DNA of 64,000 nt, from positions 453,950 to 517,949 of the forward strand of contig CAWIWL010000013.1 in the NCBI GenBank assembly GCA_963839705.1. Direction: 5' to 3'. The notes beneath the pieces were generated by a model. It did no database searches. It had not been told where the DNA came from and saw only the letters and a program-made list of their open reading frames with translations. The DNA is from an uncultured Acidobacteriota bacterium (GTDB taxonomy: Bacteria; Acidobacteriota; Vicinamibacteria; Vicinamibacterales; 2-12-FULL-66-21). Positions within the stretch are counted from its first letter, which is position 1; each line of letters starts with the position of its first letter. Below are positions 8,090-17,373 of the stretch, piece by piece. The position numbers were made by a program, and so were the translations under genes.

Positions 8090-10255
8090 ATGAGCAGTCG
8101 CCCAAGTGTTCGACAATCCTTACCTGCCTGCGCCCTCACGCTGTCTCTCCACGCGGCCTTGCCGCCGTCTCTCGCCGCGCAGACCACGGATCGTGATCTC
8201 GAGGCCATCGCGTCGTGGGTCGCGGTCGACGCTGCCACCGGTTACGAGCGGCGGGTCGCGCCGGCACTAGCGTTGGCCCTCGGCGGTTGGAGTGCTGACG
8301 CGTACGGCAACGTCGTCACGACCGTCGGCACCGGCTCGCCGCACCGCATCGTCGCATGTGCGCTGGATCGTCCGAGCTATGCCGTGTCGCAGGTCAGGGA
8401 CGATGGTTACCTGCGGCTGCATCGGATTGGCAGCGGCTCCCGGCACCCGTTGTGGGACCAGCAATTTGAGGCACAGCAGGTGCGCGTGCTGACGACCGCC
8501 GGGCCCGTCGCCGGCGTCATCGCCAGGACGAACGGGCACTTCGCACAGCAGCACGCAAACGAGACCTCTGTCGCAACCGCTGACGATCTCTGGCTGGACG
8601 TGGGCGCCGAGTCGCGCGCCGACGTCGAGGCGCTCGGCATCGCGTTGCTGGATCCTGTCTCGCGTCAGCTTCCACCGTGGCCGATCGCAGGCGGTGTGGC
8701 GGGCCCGGACGTCGGGCGACGAGGTGGGTGCGCGGCGGTCGTCGCGGCCGCTGCGGCCGCACGACGAGACGGCATCCAAGGTCGTACGACATTCGTTCTG
8801 AGTGCGCAGGAAGTCACGGGATGGGTCGGTCTCTCCTCGTTCGTGGCTCGAGGCGAGCGCGCCGACCAGATGACGGTGCTGGCGCCCGGAGCAGACTCGC
8901 GGGCCGACACCGAACGATCGGCGAAAGAGCTCGGCCGCTTCGGTACTGTGCTCGAAGCCTCCGGCCTGAAGGCTGTGCGATGGCTGGTGCCATCGGTCAC
9001 GCAAACGGGCTCGCACCTGGAGATCTTGCGCGCGGCTGAGGCGGAGTGGCTGCTCGGTGCCGCCGCGACGTCGGCCGGTCTGGCCAACGCCCCGAGTCAG
9101 GGCTGGGTCGCGGCGCCACCTCCGGCCCCGCTGAGGATCAATCGTGCGGACGCCGCGTTCACCGAGGTGGCATCGGTCCTGTCCGATTTCGTCGAGCGCC
9201 ACGGGGTATCGGGGCACGAGTGGTCCGTCCGCCGTGCTGTGCTGGCGGCGCTGCCGTCCTGGGCGCGGGAGCGCGCGGTCGTAGACGACATCGGTAACAT
9301 CACCGTGGAGGCGGGACCACAGGGCGACGCGACGGTCTTCATGGCACACATGGACGAGGTCGGCTACGTGATCGAGTCGATCGCTCCCGACGGCACGCTC
9401 TCACTCGCGGGGCAGGGGGGCGCCGTGGCATCCGCGTGGGAAGGCCAGACGGCGCTCGTCCATTTCGATCCGCAGGGGGCGCCCAGCACGGTCACAGGAT
9501 TGGGCGACAACATCGACGCGCGCTGGAAGACCCATTCACTCGCTGCGACGGCGCCGCCGCCGCTCCGTGGCGTCTTCCGGATTCGATCCGCGGCACCGCG
9601 CAAGAATCCCGGTCCTCTGCAAGCGTGGTTTGGTCTGGACGCGCAAGGCCTGGCGGCGCGCGGCGTCGTGGTGGGCATGCAGGTGACGAGTCACAAGGCG
9701 GGACAGCGGCTCGGGCGGACGCGGTTCGCGGCCCGATCCCTTGACGACCGCGCCGGGACGACGGCGCTCGTGCGCGCGATCAACCAGATCAACCCCGACC
9801 GGCTGCCTGGCAGAGTGATCTTCGCCTGGTCGGTTCATGAGGAAGGCGGCCTGCGCGGCGCCACGGCGATGGCCCGCCGCTTCGGCCGGACCACGAGGCG
9901 GATCTACTCGCTCGACACGTTTGTCTCCTCCGACACGCCGCTCGAGTCGCCGCATTTCGCGTATGCGCCGCTCGGGAAAGGTCCCGTGTTCCGCGCGATC
10001 GAGAGCGCGAACGTGTCGCCCGACGAGGAACGGGAACGCGTGCGCCGGGCGGCCGCCGCCGCGGGCATTCCGCTGCAGATGGGATTGACGCAGGGCGGTA
10101 CCGACGGCTCTGTCTTCACCTTCTGGGGCGCGCCGAACCAGGGGCTGTCCTGGCCAGGCCGCTACAGTCACTCGCCCGGTGAGGTGCTCGACCTGCGGGA
10201 TCTCGATATGCTCACGCGACTCGTCGTGGCTGTCGCGTCATCGCGAGAGCGGTAG
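8090..10255 (+). CDS. Tandem M42-type (FrvX/glutamyl aminopeptidase-like) metallopeptidase with a signal peptide. The C-terminal half is intact and the N-terminal half is degenerate.
   Basis: The C-half has FMAHMDEVGY, SLDDRAG and HEEGGLRGA. The N-half has the same layout, but CALDRPSY replaces the HxD metal motif. Confidence 0.65.
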   Translation: MSSRPSVRQSLPACALTLSLHAALPPSLAAQTTDRDLEAIASWVAVDAATGYERRVAPALALALGGWSADAYGNVVTTVGTGSPHRIVACALDRPSYAVSQVRDDGYLRLHRIGSGSRHPLWDQQFEAQQVRVLTTAGPVAGVIARTNGHFAQQHANETSVATADDLWLDVGAESRADVEALGIALLDPVSRQLPPWPIAGGVAGPDVGRRGGCAAVVAAAAAARRDGIQGRTTFVLSAQEVTGWVGLSSFVARGERADQMTVLAPGADSRADTERSAKELGRFGTVLEASGLKAVRWLVPSVTQTGSHLEILRAAEAEWLLGAAATSAGLANAPSQGWVAAPPPAPLRINRADAAFTEVASVLSDFVERHGVSGHEWSVRRAVLAALPSWARERAVVDDIGNITVEAGPQGDATVFMAHMDEVGYVIESIAPDGTLSLAGQGGAVASAWEGQTALVHFDPQGAPSTVTGLGDNIDARWKTHSLAATAPPPLRGVFRIRSAAPRKNPGPLQAWFGLDAQGLAARGVVVGMQVTSHKAGQRLGRTRFAARSLDDRAGTTALVRAINQINPDRLPGRVIFAWSVHEEGGLRGATAMARRFGRTTRRIYSLDTFVSSDTPLESPHFAYAPLGKGPVFRAIESANVSPDEERERVRRAAAAAGIPLQMGLTQGGTDGSVFTFWGAPNQGLSWPGRYSHSPGEVLDLRDLDMLTRLVVAVASSRER

Positions 10256-10389
10256 CGGTTGGCTGGCCGCCATCAACAAGATTGCATTAGAGCGTCGCCG
10301 CTGCGATGATGTGTGGCCGCTGGTGAACACTGGCTGTTGGCCAGACAGAGACTCAAACGCGTGCTCCCGACTCCACGTGTGACTCCGCC

Positions 10390-10935
10390 ATGAGACAGCT
10401 CGATCGCGTTCTCGTGGGTATCGCCCTTCTCGGGTTTTGCCTGTCCGCTGTAAATTGCGAGCAGCGCGCAGCGCCGGTGCAGCCGGGAATAGAACTACCG
10501 GATCAATCCAACATGCCATCCTGGGAGGGAGCGTGGAGCATCATCGGCCGAGGGTCGATCGTTGCGAGATTCACTCAGACGTTCACGCCGCTCAAATCCA
10601 GGCTCACCGCTGTCGAAATCGACGTCATGACCGGCAGTCGAGGACGTGGCGGAGACGTCATAACTGTGAGGATCTTGGATGCCAATAGAGAGCTGGCCAC
10701 CGCATCCCGGCCGGTAGAGGAAGGTTTTGACGGCATGCTTCGGTTTGATTTTCCGTCGCCAGGCGTCAGCGTCACACCAGGCTCCCCGTTGCACTTGCTC
10801 GTGGAAGACACCAACAAAGATGTCTTCGGTTGGCGGTACGGCCTGAACACGTATCCGGGCGGAGTTGCGTATTTCAACGGCTCGCCCTGGAACGACGGCG
10901 CCTTCGACTTTCGTTTCAGGACCTACGGATCCTGA
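10390..10935 (+). CDS. Secreted hypothetical protein
   Basis: 181 aa with an N-terminal signal sequence (VLVGIALLGFCLSAV) and no recognised domain. Confidence 0.5.
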   Translation: MRQLDRVLVGIALLGFCLSAVNCEQRAAPVQPGIELPDQSNMPSWEGAWSIIGRGSIVARFTQTFTPLKSRLTAVEIDVMTGSRGRGGDVITVRILDANRELATASRPVEEGFDGMLRFDFPSPGVSVTPGSPLHLLVEDTNKDVFGWRYGLNTYPGGVAYFNGSPWNDGAFDFRFRTYGS

Positions 10936-10988
10936 GCAGTTTCAACCGTGGTGGAGCCATTGCGTCAACGCTCTGTTTGGAGTGATAC

Positions 10989-12074
10989 ATGAATCGCCGG
11001 CGTCATCATCATCTTCTTCTCCTTGCATCCGTTCTTGTCGCCGCGGTCGCGGTTCACGCGCAGCCCATCGATGAGGTCGTCAAGGGGTGGATGGAGAAAC
11101 AGCACGTGCCCGCCGTGTCCATTGCCGTGATCAAGGACGGCTCTCTGGTCAAGGCGGAGGCGTATGGGTTTGCGGATGTGGAACATCGAGTTCCTGCCCG
11201 GCCCGATACGGTCTTCAAGATTGGATCGGTGAGCAAACAGTTCATTGCTACCGGGATCATGCTGCTCGTTCAGGACGGCCGGATGGCGGTGGGCGACAAG
11301 GTCAGCAAGTACCTGCCAGGGACGCCCGCCACGTGGGAGGCCATCACGATTCGGCATCTGCTCACCCACACCTCCGGCATCGTGCGTGAGGCGCCGGGAT
11401 TCGACCCTTACAAGCTGCAGCCCGAGATCGCCGTCATCGAAACAGCGTATCCGGTTCCGCTACGGTTCACGCCGGGAGAGAGATACGAGTACTGCAACGT
11501 CGGCTACTTTGCACTGGCAGAAGTCATCACAAGAGTCAGCGGAAAACCGTGGGCCGACTTCCTCAGCGAGCGGGTGTTCATTCCGCTGGGCATGACCGCC
11601 ACGCGGGTGACGACGCTCGCGGACATCGTCGCCAACCGCGCCCGGGGCTACGCGTGGAAGGCGGGCACACTGCAGAACGAGGACGACTGGCCGGCGGTGC
11701 GCCCGAGCGGCGCCTTCCTCTCGACCGTACTGGACCTCGCAAAGTGGGAGACGGCGCTGCTCGGTGACCAGGTTCTGAAGGCACCAACCAAGAAGGAAAT
11801 GTGGACGCCGGTGACGCTGAATGACGGGCGAACCTACCCGTATGGATTCGGCTGGCAGCTCGACGACTGGCCCGCCGGTTCTCCGGCTCCGACCGGTGAG
11901 CCGATGATTCGGCACGGAGGGTCGATGAATGGATTCCGGGCAGCCTATTCACGCTGGCCGAGCCGGCGTCTTGCCGTGATAATCCTGACGAATCTCTCTG
12001 ACGCCCCCTACGAAGGTCTGGCAGCAAACATCGCGATCCGGTACGTCCCTGAGCTCAGAACATCGCCGCGCTGA
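10989..12074 (+). CDS. Serine hydrolase, class C beta-lactamase/PBP-like family
   Basis: Signal peptide, then the SxxK motif FKIGSVSKQF and typical spacing (LLTHTSG). Confidence 0.8.
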   Translation: MNRRRHHHLLLLASVLVAAVAVHAQPIDEVVKGWMEKQHVPAVSIAVIKDGSLVKAEAYGFADVEHRVPARPDTVFKIGSVSKQFIATGIMLLVQDGRMAVGDKVSKYLPGTPATWEAITIRHLLTHTSGIVREAPGFDPYKLQPEIAVIETAYPVPLRFTPGERYEYCNVGYFALAEVITRVSGKPWADFLSERVFIPLGMTATRVTTLADIVANRARGYAWKAGTLQNEDDWPAVRPSGAFLSTVLDLAKWETALLGDQVLKAPTKKEMWTPVTLNDGRTYPYGFGWQLDDWPAGSPAPTGEPMIRHGGSMNGFRAAYSRWPSRRLAVIILTNLSDAPYEGLAANIAIRYVPELRTSPR

Positions 12075-12101
12075 GTTAGTTTAGAGCGTTTTTCATTTGT
12101 C

Positions 12102-12157
12102 CGTAGTGTCCGCCTTTAGGCGGACACGCTGAAGTCCGGCTAAAGCCGGACACTACG
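12102..12157. repeat. REP family A: inverted pair of CGTAGTGTCC-hairpin units
   Basis: CGTAGTGTCCGCCTTTAGGCGGAC (12102-12125) and GTCCGGCTAAAGCCGGACACTACG (12134-12157). The same unit recurs at 28121, 44792, 44863 and 44915. Confidence 0.8.
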
Positions 12158-12201
12158 CGCTACAAAGTAGTGAGAATCGCTCGAGCCTGCCCGCCGCGAG
12201 G

Positions 12202-13488
12202 TTACACGCCAGTCTTCAGGTATCCTCCCAGCGCGGCCAGCAGCCGATCCACTTCCGTCGGGCTGTTGTAGAAATGCGGGGAGACACGGATGCCGGCGCG
12301 ATCCTGGCCGCCGCGCGTCGTGATCCCGATCTTGTCCTTCTCGTAAAGCGCCGTTGCGAGCTTGTTGGCGTCGAGCGTGCCGGGAAGGAACGACACGACC
12401 GCGGCGCGCAGCTCGGGCGAGGGTGAGGTCCAGACCTTGACGCCGGGCAACTTGCCCAGCCCGGCGACGAGCTGCGTCGCTAGCTGACGTCCTCGCTCCT
12501 CGATCGCGGCGCGTCCGACCTTGTCCTGGAACGCCAATGCCGCGCGGAGCGCGATCATCGTGGCCTCGTCGCGCTGTCCGAAGCCCTCGAACGTCCGCGA
12601 GAAGCCCACCGCTCCGGGATAGGCGCTGTAGATGCTGGGCCAGAGCCGCGCCTGCGCAGTCCTGTTGACGAAGAGCACCCCGCACTCGCGCGCGCCGCAC
12701 GGCCACTTGTGGGCGCTCCCCGAGTAGAAGTCCGGCTGCATGTCACCGAGGTTGACGTCGAGCAGCCCGAAGCTCTGCGCTCCGTCGACGAGCGTCAAGA
12801 CACCGCGCTCGCGCGCGATCCGGCACAGCTCCTTGGCCGGCATCAGATCGCCAACCGTGCTCGAGAGGTGGGTGAAGCAGAGCACCTTCGTCCGCGGAGT
12901 GATGGCGCGCGTGAACGCGTCCGCGTAGTAATCGTGGCCGGGATGCGGGTTCTTCTGCTCGACCGTCACGACCGTGAACCCGAAGCGCCTGCCCTTTTCG
13001 CGCCAGGCGTTGAGGTTGCTCGGGTGGTTGTCCCCATGAACGATGACTTCGTCGCCGGCCTTGAGGTCCAGACCGTTCGACACGAGGTTGTTCGACTCGC
13101 TGGTGTTGCGCGTGATGATGATCTCGTCCGGCGTCACGCGCAGGAACTCCGCGAGCGCCTTGCGCGTGTTCTCCTTCTCCGGGTAGAGCCTGGCGCGATT
13201 GTTCGGCGACGGATCCCGATCGACGCTCTGCGTTTCGCGTTGAAGTGTCTCGAGTGCCGTTCTCGAGGCGGGGCACAGGTTGGCGGCGTTCATCACGGCC
13301 AGCTCGGGCGGCACGACGAACTGGGCGCGCACGCTCGTCCAGAACGTTTCGCCGGCAGACGTGCCTCCGATTGCGAGCGGGCCGCCCGCTGGGGCCTGCT
13401 GCGCCCACGCCGGGTCGCTGAAGAGCGCGGCGGAGCCACCGAGCGCGAAGAGGCGGGCAAAGTTGCGTCGCGAAACCGGCGATGACAT
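12202..13488 (-). CDS. Class V PLP-dependent aminotransferase / cysteine-desulfurase-like enzyme with a Tat-type signal
   Basis: N-terminus SRRNFARLFALGGSAAL and PLP-lysine region SGSAHKWPCG. Confidence 0.75.
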   Translation of the reverse strand: MSSPVSRRNFARLFALGGSAALFSDPAWAQQAPAGGPLAIGGTSAGETFWTSVRAQFVVPPELAVMNAANLCPASRTALETLQRETQSVDRDPSPNNRARLYPEKENTRKALAEFLRVTPDEIIITRNTSESNNLVSNGLDLKAGDEVIVHGDNHPSNLNAWREKGRRFGFTVVTVEQKNPHPGHDYYADAFTRAITPRTKVLCFTHLSSTVGDLMPAKELCRIARERGVLTLVDGAQSFGLLDVNLGDMQPDFYSGSAHKWPCGARECGVLFVNRTAQARLWPSIYSAYPGAVGFSRTFEGFGQRDEATMIALRAALAFQDKVGRAAIEERGRQLATQLVAGLGKLPGVKVWTSPSPELRAAVVSFLPGTLDANKLATALYEKDKIGITTRGGQDRAGIRVSPHFYNSPTEVDRLLAALGGYLKTGV

Positions 13489-13500
13489 GCTGGAGCCTCC

Positions 13501-14489
13501 GTGACGCGCATTGTAACAGGTGGACTGATACTATCGATTCCCTTGTCGGTCAAAGCCCGGAATCGCCGCGACCATGCGTGGCTTGCATACGCCGCCCTCC
13601 TCGTCGCCATCTCGGGAATTGCGTGGTCGGCGATCTTCATCCGCTGGTCCGACGTTCCGGGACCCTCCTCTGCTTTCTACCGCGTCTTCATCGCGGCGCT
13701 CGTGCTCGTGCCGTGGAGAGTCCTCTCCGCGCTGGTGTCAGCGCGTGAGCGCGCACGGGTTGCCCGCGTCAGCCGGCGGGCGTTCCTGCTGGCGCTCGTT
13801 GGCGGCGTCTTCTTTGGTTTCGACCTCGCCCTCTACAACACCTCCGTGATGCGCACGACGGCGACGACCGCGACGCTATTCGGCAACAACGCGCCGATTT
13901 TTGTTGGCATCGGGACGTGGATTTTTTTCCGGCGGCGGCCGACGCGTAAATTCTGGATCGGCCTGGCGCTCGCGATGTCCGGCGCCGCGATTGTGATGAT
14001 TGCCAACGCCGCGCGGCCTCAGGGCTCGACCGGCGATCTGACTGGTGCGCTCATGTCATTGGGCGCGGCGGCATTCTTCGCCGCCTACCTGCTCGCAACC
14101 GAACACGTGCGCGAGGAAATGGACACATTGACCTTCAGTACGATCGCCGTCGCTGGCAGCGTACTGACGCTGCTCGCCGTGTGCGCGATCGTGGGCGCGC
14201 CTTTGTCAGGTTTCGGCGCGAAACGTGGTTCGCGCTGATGGGCCTTGGCCTGATCTCGCAGCTCGGCGCCTACCTCGGCCTGGCGTACGCGCTCGGACAC
14301 CTTCCGGCCACCATCACGTCGGTCGGCCTCCTTGCGCAAGTGCCGTTGACGGCGATACTGGCGGTGCCGCTGCTCGGCGAGCCGCTCACCATACCCTACC
14401 TGGCGGGTGGCGCGTTGGTTCTTGCGGGGATATATGTGGTGACTCGGGCTCCGTCGGTTGCCGCTCGACAAGACTCAGGGCGAGCCTGA
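13501..14489 (+). pseudogene. EamA/DMT family transporter, frame broken at about 14219 (1 nt missing)
   Basis: ORF 13501..14238 carries TM helices 1-8 and ends ..GAPLSGFGAKRGSR*. ORF 14181..14489 in another frame continues ETWFALMGLGLISQLGAYLGLAYALGHLPATITS.. (the last two EamA helices). The start codon is uncertain (GTG 13501 or TTG 13543). Confidence 0.75.
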
Positions 14490-14556
14490 GCCAAAATCCA
14501 AGGGTCAACCGTCGGCGATTGATGCGCCGCCGCGAGGTTGCGATGACGGCCCTCGT

Positions 14557-15588
14557 TCAGGCAGATCGCGACTCTGTTGTGACCGTACGCGTGAGCTGGT
14601 CACGCAAGTGCGCGGTGATTTCGTACGAATGCACTCGCGCCGCATGATCGAAGACTTGCGCGGCGATGATGATCTCGTCGGCTTCGGTTCTGGTCAGAAA
14701 GTCGGACAGGCCGCGCCCGACGGTGTCTGGTGAGCCGACGATTGCCGTTCCCAGCACGTGCTGCAACTCCATTCGTTCGAGCGGCGTGAGCGCCGCCTCG
14801 AAACGATCCGGATCGACCGGCGGCGGTACCCGACCCAGTGTGCCCCGGCGGAGCGCGAGAAAAATCTGCTGGTGCGAAGTAAAGAGCCGCCGCGCTTCCT
14901 CGTCGGTGTCTGCCGCGACGACGTTGACGCCGAGCATCAGGTGCGGGCGCTCGAGCGCGCCCGGGACCGTCTGGGGACTGAACTGGCGGCGGTAGATGTC
15001 GATCGCCGACATCATCTGCGCCGGTGCGAAGTGCGACGCGAACGCAAACGGCAGGCCGAGCTCGGCGGCGAGCTGCGCGCCGAACAGACTCGATCCGAGG
15101 ATCCAGATCGGTACGTGCAAACCCGCACCAGGAACCGCTCTGACGCGTTGCCCCGGCGCAGGCTCGCGGAAGAGCGCGATGAGTTCCTGAACATCCTGTG
15201 GGAACGAGTCGACGTTCAGGTGGCGGCGCAGGGCCACCGCCGTCACCTGGTCGCTGCCGGGCGCCCGGCCCAGCCCGAGGTCGATGCGGCCGGGGAAGAG
15301 CGACTCGAGGGTGCCGAACTGTTCGGCGATGACGAGCGGCGAATGGTTGGGCAGCATGATGCCGCCCGCGCCGACTCTGATGGTCGACGTCCCGCCCGCC
15401 ACGTGCGCGATCACGACCGACGTAGCCGCGCTCGCGACGGCCGGCATGTTGTGGTGCTCCGCCAGCCAGTAGCGGTGGTAGCCCCACTGTTCAGCGTGCT
15501 GCGCGAGGTCCAGGCTGTTACGGAACGCCTGGGCGGCGCTGCCGCCCTCGACAATAGGGGCGAGATCGAGGATCGAAAATGGGATCAT
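14557..15588 (-). CDS. LLM-class flavin-dependent oxidoreductase (luciferase-like monooxygenase)
   Basis: [41 protein letters not shown] is typical of this family. Confidence 0.85.
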   Translation of the reverse strand: MIPFSILDLAPIVEGGSAAQAFRNSLDLAQHAEQWGYHRYWLAEHHNMPAVASAATSVVIAHVAGGTSTIRVGAGGIMLPNHSPLVIAEQFGTLESLFPGRIDLGLGRAPGSDQVTAVALRRHLNVDSFPQDVQELIALFREPAPGQRVRAVPGAGLHVPIWILGSSLFGAQLAAELGLPFAFASHFAPAQMMSAIDIYRRQFSPQTVPGALERPHLMLGVNVVAADTDEEARRLFTSHQQIFLALRRGTLGRVPPPVDPDRFEAALTPLERMELQHVLGTAIVGSPDTVGRGLSDFLTRTEADEIIIAAQVFDHAARVHSYEITAHLRDQLTRTVTTESRSA

Positions 15589-15804
15589 GTCGTTAGTTGA
15601 GACGTACGCGGCGGGGCTCAGGTCCCCGGCCGGCTGCGAAATGACAGAATAGCTACTCCCGTACTACGGTCCAAGCACGATGGCGACGATGACATGATGT
15701 TCACGATGGATCCGTGGAGTGCTCATCGTGAGCCTCGGCCGTCGGCGCGTTCAAGCTGGCTCTTGGTTCATGAGACAGGTTGTAGTCCTCGGAGGAACGA
15801 TCGA

Positions 15805-17184
15805 ATGACGTCACGAGTGTACCGGCTACTGGGCTGTCTCGGTCTTCTCGCCGCCGTATCGGTCGCGCTCGTGGCGGCTACTGAATCTTCCCAACCACAG
15901 ACATCTTCCCGACACGTCGTGCTCATCAGCCTCGACGGTTTCCCGAGCTGGGCGCTGGATGACCCGTACCTCCCCGTGCCGATGCTGCGCCGGCTGGCCG
16001 CGCGCGGGGCGGTAGCCAGGGGGATGCGGCCGGTGAACCCGACGGTGACATGGCCGAACCACACGACCCTCATCACCGGCGTCACGCCCGCGAAGCACGG
16101 CGTGCTCTTCAACGGCCTGCTCAAGCGCGACCCCGGCGTGCCGCCTCGCGTCGAGCCTTGGCTCCCGCGGGACGAGATGGTGCGCGTCAAGACCCTGTAC
16201 GACATCGCGCACGCACGCGGGATGACGACGGCGCAGGTCGACTGGGTGGCGATTCAAGCGGCGCCGACGGTGACCTGGGAGTTTCCCGAGCGTCCTGCGC
16301 CCGACGGCCAGATCGCGCAGCAGCTCGTCAAGGCCGGTGTTCTCTCGCAGGCGGAGCTCGAGACGTTTGCCACACGCAACATCATCTGGCGCGATCACAT
16401 CTGGACACAGGCGGCGGCGCACATCATCCGCCAGCACAAGCCGAACCTGATGATGTATCACCTGCTCAACCTCGACTCCACCCAGCATCGATACGGTCCG
16501 CGGACGCCCGCGGCGATGACGGCGATGGCGCACCTCGACGCGCAGGTCGCCGAGATCGTGAACGCGGTCGAACAGGCCGGGCTGACCGAGCGCACGACCT
16601 TCCTGGTCGTCTCCGATCACGGGTTCAAGCTGGTCAAGCGGCAAATCAGGCTCAACGCAGCATTCCTGAAGGCCGGCCTGCTCAAGGTTCAGGACGGAAA
16701 GATCGTCCAGTCCGAGGCGTACGTCGTGCCGGAAGGCGGGTCGGCAATCGTTTACTTGACCGTGCCGGATCCAACGGGCGACATCCTCGCTCGTGCCCGG
16801 AAGGCGATGGCCGGCATCGAGGGCATCGACGCCATCATCGAACCTGCCGATTACGGCCGCTTCGGCCTGCCGCTTCCGAGCGTGAACGACCAGATGGGTG
16901 TGTTTTTCATCACACCGAGGGAAGGCTACTCGTTCACGGCCGCAGCAGGGGACGATGTCGTGGTTGATGCGCCGGAGGGAAGTCTCGGCGCGCACGGCTA
17001 CCCGGCGACGGATCCGGACCTGAGCGCCCTCTTCATCGCGGCAGGTGCGGGTATCGCGCCTGGCACGAAGATCGACACGATCGACAATGTCGACGTGGCG
17101 CCGACCATGGCTGACTTACTCGGGTTATCGCTTGGAAACGTCGACGGGCGCGTGTTGCGGGAGATTCTGACACCCAAGCGCTGA
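15805..17184 (+). CDS. Alkaline-phosphatase-superfamily nucleotide pyrophosphatase/phosphodiesterase (NPP-like), secreted
   Basis: ISLDGFPSWAL..PTVTWPNHTTLITG..VSDHGF. Start taken at Met38 of ORF 15694.. (signal peptide MTSRVYRLLGCLGLLAAV). Confidence 0.8.
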   Translation: MTSRVYRLLGCLGLLAAVSVALVAATESSQPQTSSRHVVLISLDGFPSWALDDPYLPVPMLRRLAARGAVARGMRPVNPTVTWPNHTTLITGVTPAKHGVLFNGLLKRDPGVPPRVEPWLPRDEMVRVKTLYDIAHARGMTTAQVDWVAIQAAPTVTWEFPERPAPDGQIAQQLVKAGVLSQAELETFATRNIIWRDHIWTQAAAHIIRQHKPNLMMYHLLNLDSTQHRYGPRTPAAMTAMAHLDAQVAEIVNAVEQAGLTERTTFLVVSDHGFKLVKRQIRLNAAFLKAGLLKVQDGKIVQSEAYVVPEGGSAIVYLTVPDPTGDILARARKAMAGIEGIDAIIEPADYGRFGLPLPSVNDQMGVFFITPREGYSFTAAAGDDVVVDAPEGSLGAHGYPATDPDLSALFIAAGAGIAPGTKIDTIDNVDVAPTMADLLGLSLGNVDGRVLREILTPKR

Positions 17185-17262
17185 GACCTTGTGAAGCAAG
17201 GCGGAGGAGCGCAGCGAGCGAGCCACGCGAGCGGAGCGGGGCGTCGGGGTCCCCGCGAGGGC

Positions 17263-17317
17263 CCGCCTACGCCAAGGCTCCGGCGAGGTCTCGCCGTAGC
17301 GCTTCGCGCGAAGGCGG
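17263..17317. repeat. GC-rich palindromic repeat family B, copy A (reverse orientation)
   Basis: The reverse complement, CCGCCTTCGCGCGAAGCGCTACGGCGAGACCTCGCCGGAGCCTTGGCGTAGGCGG, is about 80% identical by eye to 28052..28103 and 29574..29626. It contains the palindrome CTTCGCGCGAAG. Confidence 0.65.
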
Positions 17318-17373
17318 AAGCGTGTAAGGGGGTCCGGGGGACGAAGTCCCCCGGTGAGAGCTGACCCCGCTTG

